DNA of 64,000 bases from Squalus acanthias (Eukaryota). Under the pieces are notes generated by a model. The model was given only the letters and a program-made list of their open reading frames with translations. It was not told where the DNA came from and made no database searches. Shown in pieces: positions 12,490 to 25,957 of the stretch (position 1 is its first letter; each line of letters opens with the position of its first letter). The position numbers and the translations under genes were made by a program. The stretch spans positions 124,001 through 188,000 of the forward strand of contig JASTWF010000345.1 in the NCBI GenBank assembly GCA_030390025.1. Reading direction: 5' to 3'.

Positions 12490-13684
12490 AGTACTTCATT
12501 GGCTGTAAAGCGCTTTGGGATGTCCGGTGGTCGTGAAAGGCGCTATATAAATGCAAGTCTTTTTTTCTAAAGTACATCAACGTGCTGATGGGGAGAGGGG
12601 GAAATCCAAATCCAAGTGTAACTCTAAGGGGTAAAAATTCCTCAGTTTGTTATTTTAACAACATTATTAACCTGTTTAAAATAAATGACTTTGTTTTTAA
12701 AAAAAAGTGCACAGAGGAACTTCGAGCGCGTAGGCATTAATTAAGAAGAAGACAGCTAGTTTCCTCTTTATCCTAACTGCCAATTATGTCATGACATATT
12801 TAGCAAGTTGTTATTTAAAGTATTTCACGTTAAGGATAAAGAAAGCTGAGGGAGAGAACTTTAAGTACAGAGAACACCCACACATGTGTAATTTATTTTT
12901 TTCAAAAAATCAAGAATGTAACTTTGAATTACTGAATCAATTAAACTCCAGTGCAGACACAAAGTAATGACTCATCGGAAGGGAAATTACTCCTTATATT
13001 AAAGTTATAGTAGGAGATACATTTTTATTATGCATACGGGCTGTACCTTGTACTCAAAATATTCCACCACACCTTCGTTCTGCTTTCTTTTCTCAATGAC
13101 TTTAATATTAACCAGCAGTAGGCATGCTTTCCAGAGGAGGACTGCAGATCATATGAAGTGGCCTTTGATTAGAGAATATAATGATGTGAAAATATCACAA
13201 AATAATTGCAGAATTTACTTTTGAATTTACAAATTATATATATCACAGCATCCATGTGATGACTAAGAAGGAAAGAAACAGTGAAAAATGTACTTACCTT
13301 CCTTTAGCATGGTTTTGCCTTCATCCTTTGAATGGAGGTCATTCTTCACATTAAGCCCACTCATCCAATATGAGAAATCACAGGAATAAGATGAATTTGG
13401 AACAAGATGATCTCAAATGGAACTCCACAGTGAACACTCCATTACTCTCAGTGAACACACATCTCCCAGGCATAAGGCATAAGAAAAAATGAGCGAAGAC
13501 CCATTACGGCAGGGCTCCATCTTCTTTACATTGCCCAGGATTTCCCGATGGGATGAAGCAGCAACACTCCAAGAAGGCAGGCATGTAAATGAGGTGCGAG
13601 GGGCAGTTATAGTGGTTGCAATCAGATCATTAAAGCCTTGATAGTGGGTCATCTGCAAGGCTCCAAATCTGCTTGAGGTAGCCC

Positions 13685-13950
13685 TCTCTAAGCTTGCGAG
13701 GCCACTTCAGAGGGCTGTTAAGAGCCAACCACATTGGTGTGGGACTGGTGTCACATACAAAGCAGACTGGATAAGGACGGCAGGTTCCCTTCCCTAAAGG
13801 ACATTAGTGAACCAATTGGAGTTTTATGACACTCCGACAGCTTCATGGTCACTTTTTTACTGATATCAACTTTTTTAAATTCCAGAATTTTTAAAACTGA
13901 AATAAAATTCTCAAACTACTGTGGCGGGATTTGAACTCCCGTTCTCATGA
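13685..13950 (-). mobile_element. SINE-like fragment sharing the head and central domain of the tRNA-headed LINE
   Basis: GGCCACTTCAGAGGGC...CCCTTCCCTAAAGGACATTAGTGAACC...GGGATTTGAACTC matches 48190-48430. Confidence 0.8.
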
Positions 13951-14994
13951 TTATTAATTCAAATATCAAGATTGCTCCCTCAATATCTAAGTCCACATCT
14001 TGAATTCATGTATCTTTCCAGTCAGAGAAGTTTCCTTTTACTCTTACCCTTCGCTTTTGGTCTTCCAACTATCTCTCTATCCATCTGTCTCTATTCCCCT
14101 TATTTCATGTACCATTATTGTTGCCATAAATCTCTTATGTAGCACCTTATCAATTTTTTTTTGGACAATCCACATAAACCCCAACCACTGCATATCCTTT
14201 ATCTATCTTCTCTTATTTCTTCAAAAAATTCAATGAATTTGGTCAAGCACAAGCTGCCTTTTAGAAATCCATGCTGTCTGGCCCTAACTAATCTTCTCCA
14301 AGTGATTAGTAGGTTCATTCCATATTTTAAACTCTAGAGGGGCCATGCTACACCTCTGTGCTGCTGGCAGAGGCCTCACCCCTTGGCAGGGCATATTGGT
14401 AATTTGGGTGTGTACTGCTCGTGATCTTCCAACCATTAATTTTCGGGTGTTCCTGAAATAACAGTTGTTGTCTGCGTGGGTTCTCTGCCAAATCCTAAGA
14501 TAAGAGGCGACAAAAGGAATGAATAAACAGCTGCTCCCTTTCAGGAGACTCAGACACTGTTGACAGCAACCATTCTTTCAAAATTGTGCAGCAGAACCTC
14601 ACCAGCGACGGGATCTATTCCTGCTATCTCTTAGTTGGATTATGAAGATAATGGTGTCAGTGGAGTCCATTCTTATGGACGCATTTCTTCCTCATGTATG
14701 GTATCCATCACCACATTCTGCAATCCTACAAGAACGTGAAATGCTGGTGCACATGGCACCCCTTCCACAACTGAAGTACATGTCTGTGACTGGGACCAAG
14801 CACCTTGGGGCTGAGTGCACTGTGATGTGTATCTTATGAAAGCGATATCTGTCTCCAGAATGAGTAATGGTCGCAGAGATTGTAACTTGAATCCACATAA
14901 AATGTTCCTGTCTTCGGACAACCAATTGAGAGCTGGTCTTACATTTCAGGACAGTGAAATATATTTGAGAAACAATTGAGTAAAAAGCTTAATT

Positions 14995-16216
14995 GAAAAG
15001 GAGGATAGCAGCAGACTTCAGGAGCACATACACAGACTGGTGAAATGCGCAGACACATAGCAGATAAAATTTAATGCAGAGAATTATGAAGAGATGCATT
15101 TTGGGAGGAAGAATGAGGAGAGGCAATATAAACTAAATGATACAATTTCGAAGGGAGTGCAGGAACAGAGAGACCTGGGGGTTCACATGCACAAATCTTT
15201 TGAAGGTGGCAGGATAAGTTGATAAAGCTGTTAAAAAAGCATATGGGATCCTTGGCTTCATAAAGAAGAGTACAAAAGCAAGGAAGTTATGCTAAACATT
15301 TATAAATCACTGGTTAGGCTTCAGCTAGAGTAGTGTGTCCAATTCTGGGCACCACACTTTAGGAAGGATGGCAAGGCCTTGTAGAGAGTGCAGAAGAAAT
15401 TTACCAGACTGATACCAGGGATGAGGGACTTCAGTTATGTAGAAAGACTAGAGAAGCTGGTATTGTTCTTCTAAGAGCAGAGAAGGTTAAGGGGAGAATT
15501 AAGGGGATAACAAGATGCAGTGTAGCAACTCGCCAAGGCTTCTTCGACACCACCTCCCAAACCCATGACCTCTACCACCTAGAAGGACAAGGGCAGCAGG
15601 CACATGGGAACACCACTACCTCCAAGTTCCCCTTCAAGTCACACACCATCCTGACTTGGAAATATATCGCCGTTCCTTAAGTGTCGCTGGGTCAAAAATC
15701 ATGGAACCCCATCCCTAACAGCATTGTGGGAGTATGTTCACCACACGGACTGCAGTGGTTCAAGAAGGTGGTTCACCACCACCTTCTCAAGGGCAATTAG
15801 GCATGGGCAATAAATGCTGGCCTTAGCAGCAACGCCCACATCCCAGGAACGAATAAGAAAAAAAATTAGAGGTGCTCAAAGTTAAGAGGGGTTTTGATAG
15901 AGTAAATAAGGAGAAACTGTTTCCACTGGCAGGAGGGTCAGTAACCAGAGCACACAGATTTAAGATAATTAGCAAAAGAACCAAAGGGGAGATGAGGAGA
16001 ATTTATGTTATGATCTGAAATGAACTGCCTAAAACGCTGGTGGAAGCAGATTCAATAGTAACTTTCAAAAGGGAATCAGATATACACTTCAAAAGGAAAA
16101 ATTTGCAGGGCTATGCAGAAAGAGCAGGGGAGTGGGATTAATTGGATAGCTCTTTCAAAGAGCTGGTACAGGCATGATGGACTAAATGGCCTACTTCTGT
16201 GCTGTAAGATTCTATG
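14995..16216 (+). mobile_element. Degraded CR1 3' part, interrupted at ~15510-15866
   Basis: AGAGACCTGGGGGTT, GTGTCCAATTCTGGGCACCACACTTTAGGAAGG, tail GGCCTACTTCTGTGCTGTAAGATTCTATG. Confidence 0.85.
15510..15866 (+). mobile_element. 3' fragment of the tRNA-headed LINE family
   Basis: Matches rc of 45395-45745; ends CAAGGGCAATTAGG...GGGCAATAAATGCTGGCC...CCCACATCCCAGGAACGAATAAG plus A tail. Confidence 0.9.
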
Positions 16217-18170
16217 GCCTTAATATTAACCCCCCACGACGGGTGGGAGAGGGTCAGAGTGGGGTTAGAAAGTGAAATGTGTGGGACGCGACCCCAACCC
16301 GCCGCACACATGCTCCACCATGGTGGCGGATATCGGGGAGTCTGAGTGTCCTGCCATGGAAAGGCGGAACACTTAATTAACATACTTAAATCAGGCTTCC
16401 ACAATGTAACTGGGAGCCTGATTTGAAATTTATTATTGCTGCACAGGTTTCTCAGGGTCGGGATACTCGGGAAACCGAGGTGGGAACTGTCGGCTCCCCA
16501 AGGTAAGTGGCTGTTTCAGCACTCCTTGTTGATAAGGAGGAGCAGGAGTGCTCCCCCTGGCCCCTCAAGGAAACCTTTGGCCTTCCCCAACCCCGATCAC
16601 CTGAAGGGATAATTACAAGTCCTAGCCCTTCTTGGGCTACCCCAGATCAGACGTATTCCCCAGACGTTCCCCTTCAACTAAAGTTAGAGATAGCCGAATC
16701 CTATAAGACGCTTAATTGGGTCTAAAGGTCCAGACTATCTCTCCCTAAAGGAAAGAAATGACTTGAAGATATTACCGTCCTCCAGATAGCACTTTTAATA
16801 AGTTTAACTAGACTGTAACCTTCCGGACATTATGAGGGTCCGGAAAACCCCCCAGAATTCTGCAACTCCTCACAAAGGAGTGTACAGAGATTTGAGTTTG
16901 CGAGGTTGATACAGAAATACTCTGTGAGACAATTCTAAAAATATATAGATTTATTAAGGAACCGACATTTAGTTAACAGTTGATGAGTCAATCGCAACTT
17001 TAACAGTTCAAAATACAAATAGCTTACAATTCTATTCTCAGAGATCCTTATTCTCAAATCTTAACTTCGTTACATTTTTACATTTCTAAGTCTTATTCTT
17101 AATCCAGAATATCCACCAAAATCAATTAAAGTACCGTTTGATCCCCGAGACTCAAAGAGTTAAAAACTTACAGAGCCTGCCTCTGAAGAGTGAGAGAATC
17201 GCTTGCCTCATTCCAGTGACTTCTGTTTTCCCATTTGAAAATCCCATATCTTATACTCTTTTTGCAGTAGTATCTCCTTTGAAGTTTTCTGCTGATGTAA
17301 GCTAATTATCTCTAGTCAGTCTTTCTGTTGACTTATTTCTATTCTTACTGTTAGTTCAGCTGATAACTCTCAGAATCCTGTCTGCTGTATAGGTGTTTCA
17401 TAACTTATCATCAAATATGGTTTAACAGATTTATCTATTTGATGCCATTCTTATGAGGTTTTCTATTGAATTCTTAATATCCCCTTAACTGGTTATAAGC
17501 AGACGTCATGTCTCCCAACTGTTCCAAGTTCAATACAAACACAATGTGATTGCTTGGTACATCTATTGATATTATATCTTCAAAGTGTTCTGTAGGTATC
17601 ATATTTACAATATGTAAATCAAAACCACTTCAACCAGGGTGTTCCATGCATTTCTTAGCTACTTCAATTGGTTGTATATATAATTGTGTTTCCTGTTTCA
17701 TTTGATGTTACTTTTACAAAGGCACATGGTTTTTTAATGTTCTGTGTTTCTGTTCGACGTATTCATTTTTAACACTTTAAACTGGGTATAGCTATTGTGT
17801 TGGTTCCAAACTGCAGGCTCCTTGGAACCAAGCCTTTGCTTCTTCAATCGGCCATTCTCTCAGTGTCAATAACCATTTCCCATTTCAAAAGCTTGTGTGG
17901 TGGTTACAACTTTTGTGTTAACACTTCATCTTATCTCAGAAGACTGTATTTCTGTTTACAGCTTGTGTCATTGAGGCTTTTAGATTTTTAAACCCAGTTT
18001 GTCATATTTTAATAAAGTCAGAATTCTGTTCATAGGATGGTATATTTTTCTGAAATATGGCTCATTCCTTTACACACCAACCTTTCCCCCTGCCCCCCCC
18101 CCACCCCGCTCCGCACCCCCAACCCTGATCTCCAGCCTCCCCCAGCATCAGAGTAACTTCAACAGACCCA
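16217..18170. mobile_element. Harbinger-type MITE remnant split by an LTR
   Basis: Starts GGCCTTAATATTAACCCCC; internal AGGAGTGCTCC...CCC...AAGGAAA similar to 52400-52460; right end unclear. Confidence 0.5.
16602..18074 (-). mobile_element. Solo LTR, 1473 bp (ERV or LTR retrotransposon)
   Basis: Minus strand begins TGTAAAGGA and ends TCCCTTCA; perfect 4-bp TSD CACC (16598-16601, 18075-18078); AATAAA on minus strand at ~16950. Confidence 0.8.
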
Positions 18171-18594
18171 TCATTTTGTTGACATAAGGAAACCTTTATA
18201 GGGCTTGAAAATACAGCAAATCCTATGAAGCTGGAATGTCCCTGCTAAGAGCACTTGGATTCATTCAAGAAAATCCCTCTTGAGAAAAATCTTGTTTGGT
18301 GCCAATTGAGCTCATTTATCTAATGGGGCTCAGCAAAGTTCAATGTTTCAGGAGTTGGGCTAGAACCAAGATTTGGGAAAACAGACTTTGAATAATTACA
18401 AACGTCAACAGAATTATTGCAATTTAACTGAAAACAGAAGGTATATGGTTTTATCTAAGGGCGTACCAGAACTTTGGGATGCTAAAGCCTCTTTGCTTTT
18501 TTCAGGAATAGATGAAGTACCTCAATGGCAGTGGATGCTAGAATGGGAAGGAAGATGTTAGAGTTCTTTGAGCAGATGACAGATATGGTGCACA

Positions 18595-19715
18595 AATGAA
18601 GCAGAACTTCCTCCCCTTTGTATTCCAACCCTCTTGAGGTAAAGGCCAACATTCCATTAGCCTTTTTGATTACTTTTTGTACCTGTGCACTAGATTTTAG
18701 TGATTTGTGTATCTGGACACCTATATCTCTTTGCTCCTCCACAGTTTCTAGTCTCTTGCCATTAGGAAAATACTCCAATTTGTTATTCTTGAATCCAAAG
18801 TGGATTACCTCACACTTCCTCACATTGACCTCCTTTTCCTCCTAACTTGTGTCACCTGCAAACTTGGATATACAACTATATATTCCTTCATGCAAGTCAA
18901 TGATATATATTGTGAAAAGCTGAGGAACCTGGGGAATACCACTTATTGCATTCCACTAATCAGGGTACATTCCCTCCCTTTATCCCTACTCTCTGTCTCC
19001 TACCTCCCAACCAATTATCAACCCATGTCCCAAGTTTACCTCCAATTCTATGCTCTCATTTTTGCTAATAATCTCTTGTGCGGAACCTTATCAAATGCCT
19101 TCTGGAGGTCCATATAGACAATATCCATAGACACTCCCCTGTCAACCTTGGTAGTGACCTCCTCACTAGATTAGTCAGACATGACCTACCCTTAACAATT
19201 TGCAATTTTCCAATCCAAAGGCATAATTCCCGAATCTAGAGAGATTTGGAAAATTATGACAAAAGCATCTGCAATTTCCCCACCTATTTCTTTTAATACC
19301 CCAGGGTGAAAACCACCAGGTCATGGAGATTTGTCTACCTTAAGTCCCATTATTTTCTCCATTGCCAATTTTTACTTATATTAAATCTACTAAGATTCTG
19401 CCCTTAACTTATGTTTAGGTTCCCTTGTACACCGCTGGAATTTTGTCCACTTCCTCTACTGTGTAAACAGATATAAAGTATTCATTTAACAAGTCTATCA
19501 TTTTTTTATTATCCATTATAGTCTCACCTGCATCTGTCTTTAACAAGCCACCTTACTATTATTTCTTTCTTAACATATTTATAAAAGCTTTTACTGTTAG
19601 CTCTGATATCTCTTTCAAGTTTTTGTTCATGCTCCCTTTTTGCACTTCTTGTTATTTGCCTTGTATCCCTTTGTTGTTTTTTTTTTATAGCTATCCCAGT
19701 CTGCTGGAACAGTCT
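18595..19715 (-). mobile_element. Degraded CR1 ORF2 fragments
   Basis: ORF 18482..18823 KCEVIHFG...QRDIGV...KKANGMLAF; rc of [10 protein letters not shown] at ~19080-19115; ORF 19524..19778 IRANSKSFYKYVK. Confidence 0.9.
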
Positions 19716-20758
19716 AACATGAGGGGACATAGATATAAGATTAAATGTAGCATTTAGGACAGAGAGCAGGGGAAACATTTTTTACACGGAGTGTTGAGAG
19801 GTTGGGGAACGCACCACTAGAGTTAACGATGGAAGCAGAGACCATGTCAACATTTAAGAATAGGTTAGAATGATGCTTGAAGGAAAATGGAAATGAAGAA
19901 ATATGGAAACAGGGCAGGCACATGGGATTAGGCCTGCTGCTCGTGTGGAGGATAGACAACAACACTTAACAGCTGGTTGTGATTTCTATGTAATTAATTA
20001 TCTCCAATGTCTGGATAAGAAATTTGCAACACAACCAGAATGTTGATGCCTTTAAAACCAATGCCAATTAAGATGCATCAATCAGCACCAGAGCATCAGT
20101 TGTAAGTCAGCCAAAACCCCTGTAGGATGTTGCAATGGTGCAGACAGAATTAATATTAATGAGGAGCTTTGGCACTGTTTATGGTTTTTGTTACTTCCAC
20201 GCTGTGTCCACTGCAATTCAAAGAACTCAGTGGACAGTGGAGGATTGACAGCATGTATCAGAATTAAAAGTGATAAATTCCTTGCTTATGCCTAACCCAA
20301 AAAGTGCTTGGTATAGTTTAAAAGGTGTTTATTCTCCCCCTTTTCTCAAAGTCTTGTGTGAAGTTATTTCCTCCCAATACCAGAGTGGCACTCCAGTATT
20401 AGGAAACATTTTGGGGAAAGATTTGAAATAATGTGATTTTTAAAAATTCAATTGTTTTTCAACATTCTCAGGTTGTATTATAAATATATATCTCTGCGAC
20501 AATCAATGCACTTTTCAGAATCAGCACATGAAATAACAGATAACCTTAGAAATTATTTTATATTAAAATAAGTGTCTCAGTACTTAAAGGTCATGGGGCA
20601 GATCTTCCATTTTTGCACTTGGATGTTAAATAATTGTCTGGGTGGAGCACATGGGCAGTAAGTTTGGCTGGAGGATTGCAAACAAGTAACGGAACCCACA
20701 ACGGGCGGACTCCATTATAGGAGTTCAAGGAGATCCAATAGACCTCTCAAGAGAGAAC

Positions 20759-21477
20759 AGCCTAGAAATATGATGGCGCTGTGCCCGTTTTTCAGGCGCA
20801 AAATGCATGCCTAAACATCCAATATGGCAAGCAGGGCCGAGCGCTCACTACACTCTGGAAGTGCACCACCCACCATATTGATAAAGGTAGAAAAAGAGAT
20901 GTCCAGGGCCCGTTCGTGAAACAGGCATTAGGCTCGTTACATATGCAAATAGGGGGTCTAACACCTGTTTGAGGACCTCTTTGCAATATTGGGTCTACAT
21001 GTGGCCTAACCAGCGGTCCTAAATGGACCATTGTAAGCGCCACCAAAAAGTAGGTTGTTAAAAAAAATACTTACCTAAATGTGGAGTTGGCAGGCGTGCT
21101 TCTCCTGATTGCCTCCCCAACCTTTCCCGCTTTTCCCCCTCCCTTCCAATTGCTTTCTCCCTTCAACCAGTTGGCGCCCCCTTCCTCAAGATCCCTTCAG
21201 CCCTCCCTCAGTTGCTCCTCTCCCTCCTGATCACTTCCCCCCTCTTCCAAGACCTACCTGAAGGCTGCTGCTTGTGACACAGTGGCCTGAAATTGAAATT
21301 CTCTTCTCTGCCGAGCTGCCAGGGAACGCCCAGAAGGTGTTTGCAGCTCACCGGTCTCATGTAACTGAGACCTGAGGCCCATTATCAGTTGCGCTTTAGG
21401 CCTACATGTTCCAGCACTGGGATTGTTCCCTGTACCCAATCCATGCCGTCAGATTGGCACTATCAAATTTCTTGGCC
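20759..21477. mobile_element. Harbinger-type MITE
   Basis: Imperfect TIRs AGCCTAGAAATATGAT / rc GGCCAAGAAATTTGAT. Confidence 0.65.
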
Positions 21478-23457
21478 AGTCTATCCAACTCCCCAACTGG
21501 TCAATTCCTCAATGGTCAGGGAGCTCGCCTTTTTATACCTGGAAATGAGTAGGCCAGAGGCTTCCTCTGATTTGAGTAGCTAGCATCCCAGATTTAACAA
21601 AGAACTGTTAGTAAAATACAAACTGAATCACTACAGAGATATATATATCTATATATATATTTGAAAACTAAGTCAGCGATTCCCTCTAAAACTTGTTGCC
21701 AGGGACAACACTCTTTACAAAATAGTATCAGATAGCTGTAGCTGGCTGCTAGCTCCTTTTCCGTAGTGACTGAGTTTTGAATTCATACATACCAACAATA
21801 CAACATTTGGAAAAGCTAACAAACAGCTTCTTAAAAGCTGATACAGCGCCAAAAAAGCCAACAACTTAAAAAACCACATACAACTGAATGAAGGTCCACG
21901 ACCAAAGCCACAGCTTCCAGGGAACTAAATAAAATCCTTTTTTATTACATTGCATTTCAGGGTATTTATTAGTGTTTCGAGATCACATTCAGAAAATGAG
22001 TTTGTTTTTCAGTGAAAACTGAAACCCTATAGCCTCGTGTAAGGCATATGAAAACAATTAGTTACAACGGAAGTGCAGTGGGACATGAACTTGCTATGAT
22101 TTAGCTGCAACTATACCCAATATTCCATTAGTTATATTTCAGGGGAAAAACTAATGTACACAAAAGTTGAATTTTTAGAGAGCTGAATTTGGACATTTTT
22201 GAAGGGAGAAATGCGCTCTGGTGATGCAAAATTTATTTTTTTAGGGTTTCTGGGGCACACCCCTTCAAAACAAATTGAGTTTTCATATTGCCAGCATTTT
22301 TAAAGTGTATAATAGCTCCTTTTCTGCAGATCGCCTCTCTTCGACCTCTTCCACACCCCCCGCCCCCCCATCTGCCTTTACTGACCATAAACTGGCAGAT
22401 TTTTCTACAGGTTAGATCAGAGATTGTCGGGGGTGGAATTGTTTATCGATGATAGCGCGAAACGGGCGAAAGTGAATCCGCAGCCTGATCTTTCTTTTCC
22501 ATTGAAGGAAATGGAATGGTCAGTGTGCTGCTCATCGACCCATGTTACCTCTCCTCTCTCCTCCGAGAAATGGCTGAAAATGGCAATCAATAAAACTTTC
22601 TCTTCAAGTGTGAAAGAAAGATGTAATACCGCCTTCTAAAATGTTGTTAATAAAAAGCAGAAAGAAGGATAAACTCAGTTCAACATGTTAGAATTACATA
22701 TTACATCGAATCTACAGCACAGAAACAAGCCATTTGGCCCAACTGGTCTGCGCCGGTGTTTATATTCCACATGAGCCTCCTCCCACTTTAATTAGCTCTT
22801 CCCACCCAGCCCTTGTATCCCTTTATAGAAGAGTAGGAATCTTACATGGATTTGAGAATATATGCAGGTTTTACTTGTTTACTTGTGCAGTAGTAACATT
22901 TTATGGTGGAATACGCCAAGATGGGATTCATAAAATTCTTCTTCAGGAGTATAATTCTTATTTAATTAAAAATACATGAAAATCTAAGCAAAATGATTTT
23001 TATAAAATTATTTTCCTATTATAGATTTCACCAATTGCAGTCTTGGAGGTCGATTTTAACCCACCTCCCCCTCCCCTCACCACCTGAAGTCGGCAAACGC
23101 TCTCACTGCAGGCAAGTGGGGGCCTAATTTATGTCTAAAAGTCACAGCCCAATGATGTCATTGGCGTTGAGACGGGATTTTTTTTATGTGACTCGGGGTG
23201 CCAGCCTGCTCAGTGTCAAACACTCCGGAGAAATCTAGCGGGATGCATGCAACAGACTGCATAGAAGAGGCCAAGGTAAGTTGTATTTTTTATTCTTCGC
23301 TTGGATTCCTTGGGGGCCAGAGGGAGCAGGTGGGATCTTACCTTATGCCAGGAATCGTTCCCTCGGGTCCCAGGTAGCGGCCAGTTCCTGCCCGAATTCC
23401 CACTCCTGCCCACCAGCCTTGATGTCATTTCCAGCGGCTTTGGCCAGGAGACTGGTT

Positions 23458-23755
23458 TCATAGAATCATAGAATGATACAGCACAGAAGGAGGCCATTTG
23501 GCCCATCATGCCTGTACCGGCTCTTTGAAAGAGCTATACAATTAGTCCCACTCCCCTGATCTTTCTCCATAGCCCAGCAAATTTTACCTTTTCAAGTATT
23601 TATCCAATTCTATTTCAAAAGTTATTATTGAATTTGCTTCCACCACCCTTTCAGACAGTGCATTTCAGATCAAAACATCTCATTGCATAATTTTTTTCCC
23701 CCTCATATTGCCTCTGATTCTTTTGCCTATCACCTTAAATCTGTGTCCTCTGGTT
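23458..23755 (-). mobile_element. CR1 3' fragment
   Basis: rc tail (CATAGAAT)n, GGCCATTTGGCCCATC hairpin, CCTTAAATCTGTGTCCTC. Confidence 0.9.
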
Positions 23756-25085
23756 AAGAACATAAGAACATAAGCAACCGAGACTCCAGGATGGTGTGTT
23801 GCCTCCCTGGTGCAAGGGTCAAGGACGTCTCGGAGCGGCTACAGAATATTTTGGAGGGGAGGGCGAACAGCCAGCTGTCGTGGTGCACATAGGCATCAAC
23901 GATATAGGTAAAAAAGGGGATGAGGTCCTAAAAGCAGAATATAGGGAGTTAGGAGGTAAATTAAAAAATAGGACCTCAAAGGTAGTAATCTCAGGATTGC
24001 TACCAGTGCCACGTGCTAGTCAGAGTAGAAATAGGAGGATATTTCAAATGAATACGTGGCTAGAGGAATGGTGCAAGGGGGAGGGATTCAAATTCCTGGG
24101 ACATTGGAACCGGTTCTGGGGGAGGTGTTACCAGTACAAACCGGATGGTCTGCACCTGGACAGGGCCAGGACCGCTGTCCTAGGGGGAGTGTTTGCTAGT
24201 GCTGTTGGGGAGGGATTAAACTGAAGTGGCAGGGGGTTGGGCACCTGAGCAGGGAGACAGAGGAAAGCGTGTCAGGAAGGGACAGAAGGTATGGAGTAAA
24301 AGGTAAAGTGTTAAAAAAGGAAAAAGCAGGAACTAAGTGTCACAAAACATATTTGAAAGTTCTTTATCTGAATGCACGTAGCATTCGTAACAAAATGGAC
24401 GAGTTAACGGCACAAATAACTACGTATGGGTATAATCTTGTGGCCATTACAGAAACATGGCTGCAGGGTGACAACGACTGGGAATTAAATATGCCAGGGT
24501 ATTTAACAATCAGGAAGGACAGGCAGGAAGGAAGGGGAGGTGGGGTGGCTATGTTAATAAAGGAAGGAATCACTGTAATACAGAGAAATGATATTGGGTC
24601 AAAGGATCAGGATAATGAAACAGTTTGGGTGGAGATAAGGAATAATAAGGGGAAAAAAACACTAGTGGGAGTAGTATATAGGCCTCCAAATAATTGCAAC
24701 TCTGCTGGAAGAAGTATTAATCAGGAAATAGTTGGGGCATGTAATAAGGGAACAGCTATAATTATGGGGGATTTTAACTATCATATTAACTGGACAAATC
24801 AAATTGGGCAGGGCAGCCTTGAGGAAGAGTTTATTGAGTGTATTAGGGATGGATTTCTTGAGCAGTATGTAACTGATCCTACAAGGGGGCAAGCAACCTT
24901 TGACCTGGTCCTGTGTAATGAGTCAGGATTAATTAATAATGTCCTAGTTAAGGATACCCTTGGAATGAGTGACCATAACATGGTTGAATTCCATATCCAA
25001 TTAGAGGGTGAGAAGATTGGTTCTCAAACAAGCGTACTGAGCTTGAATAAAGGAGACTATGACGGTATGAGAGCGGAATTGATTA

Positions 25086-25957
25086 CATAAGAACATAAGA
25101 ACATAAGAAATAGGAACAGGAGTAGACCAATCGGACCCTCGAGCCTGCTCCGCCATTCAATGAGATCATGGCTGATCTGATCCAACCTCAACTCTAAAGA
25201 ACACAAGAAGTAGGAGCAGGACCAGGCCACTCGGCCCCTGGGCCCGCTCCGCCACCCACAGGGCCTTGACCGATCCGAACTCAAACTCATGTCCAATTTC
25301 CAGCCCGCTCCCCGTAACCCCTGATTCCCTTTACTTCTAGGAAACGGTCTATTTCTGTTTTAAATTTATTTAATGAAGTAGCTTCCACAGCTTCCTGGGG
25401 TAGCAAATTCCACAGACCCACTACCCTCTGAGTGAAAAAGTTTCTCCTCATCTCAGTTTTGAAAGAGGAGCCCCTTATTCTAAGATTATGTCCCCTAGTT
25501 CTAGTTTCACCCATCATTGGGAACATCCTCACCGCGTCCACCCGATCAAGCCCCTTCACAATCTTATATGTTTCAATAAGATCGCCTCTCATTCTTCTGA
25601 ACTCCAATGAGTAGAGTCCCAATCTACCCAACCTCTCCTCGTATGTCCACCCCCTCATCCCCGGAATTAACTGAGTGAACCTTCTTTGTACTGCCTCGAG
25701 AGCAAGTATGTCTTTTCTTAAGTATGGACACCAAAACTGTATGCAGTACTCCAGGTGCGGTCTCACCAATACCCTATACAACTGCAGCAATACCTCCCTG
25801 TTTTTATATTCTATCCCCCTAGCAATAAAAGCCAACATTCCATTGGCTTTCTTGATCACCTGCTGCACCTGCATACTAACTTTTTGATTTTCTTGCACCA
25901 AGACCATCAGATCCCTTTGTACTGCAGTACTTTCCAGTTTCTCGCCATTAAGATAAT
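25086..25957 (-). mobile_element. Inverted 3' fragment of the same CR1 subfamily inside the host CR1
   Basis: ORF 25287..25907 nearly identical in protein to the C-terminus of 26748..28034; rc tail CATAAGAACATAAG at 25086; ATTA at both junctions. Confidence 0.95.

Larger units (their letters stand above)
11057..12568 (+). mobile_element. tRNA-derived Deu-domain SINE (SacSINE1-like), interrupted by CR1 and MITE
   Basis: Box A TGGCTCAGTTGG (11067-11078), box B GGTTCAAGTCC (11111-11121), central domain GATGTTAAACCGAGGCCCCG...GTAAAAGATCCCATGGCACTATTT; tail resumes at 12490 (AGTACTTCATTGGCTGTAAAGCGCTTTGGG...TATATAAATGCAAGTC). Family name from recall. Confidence 0.85.
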
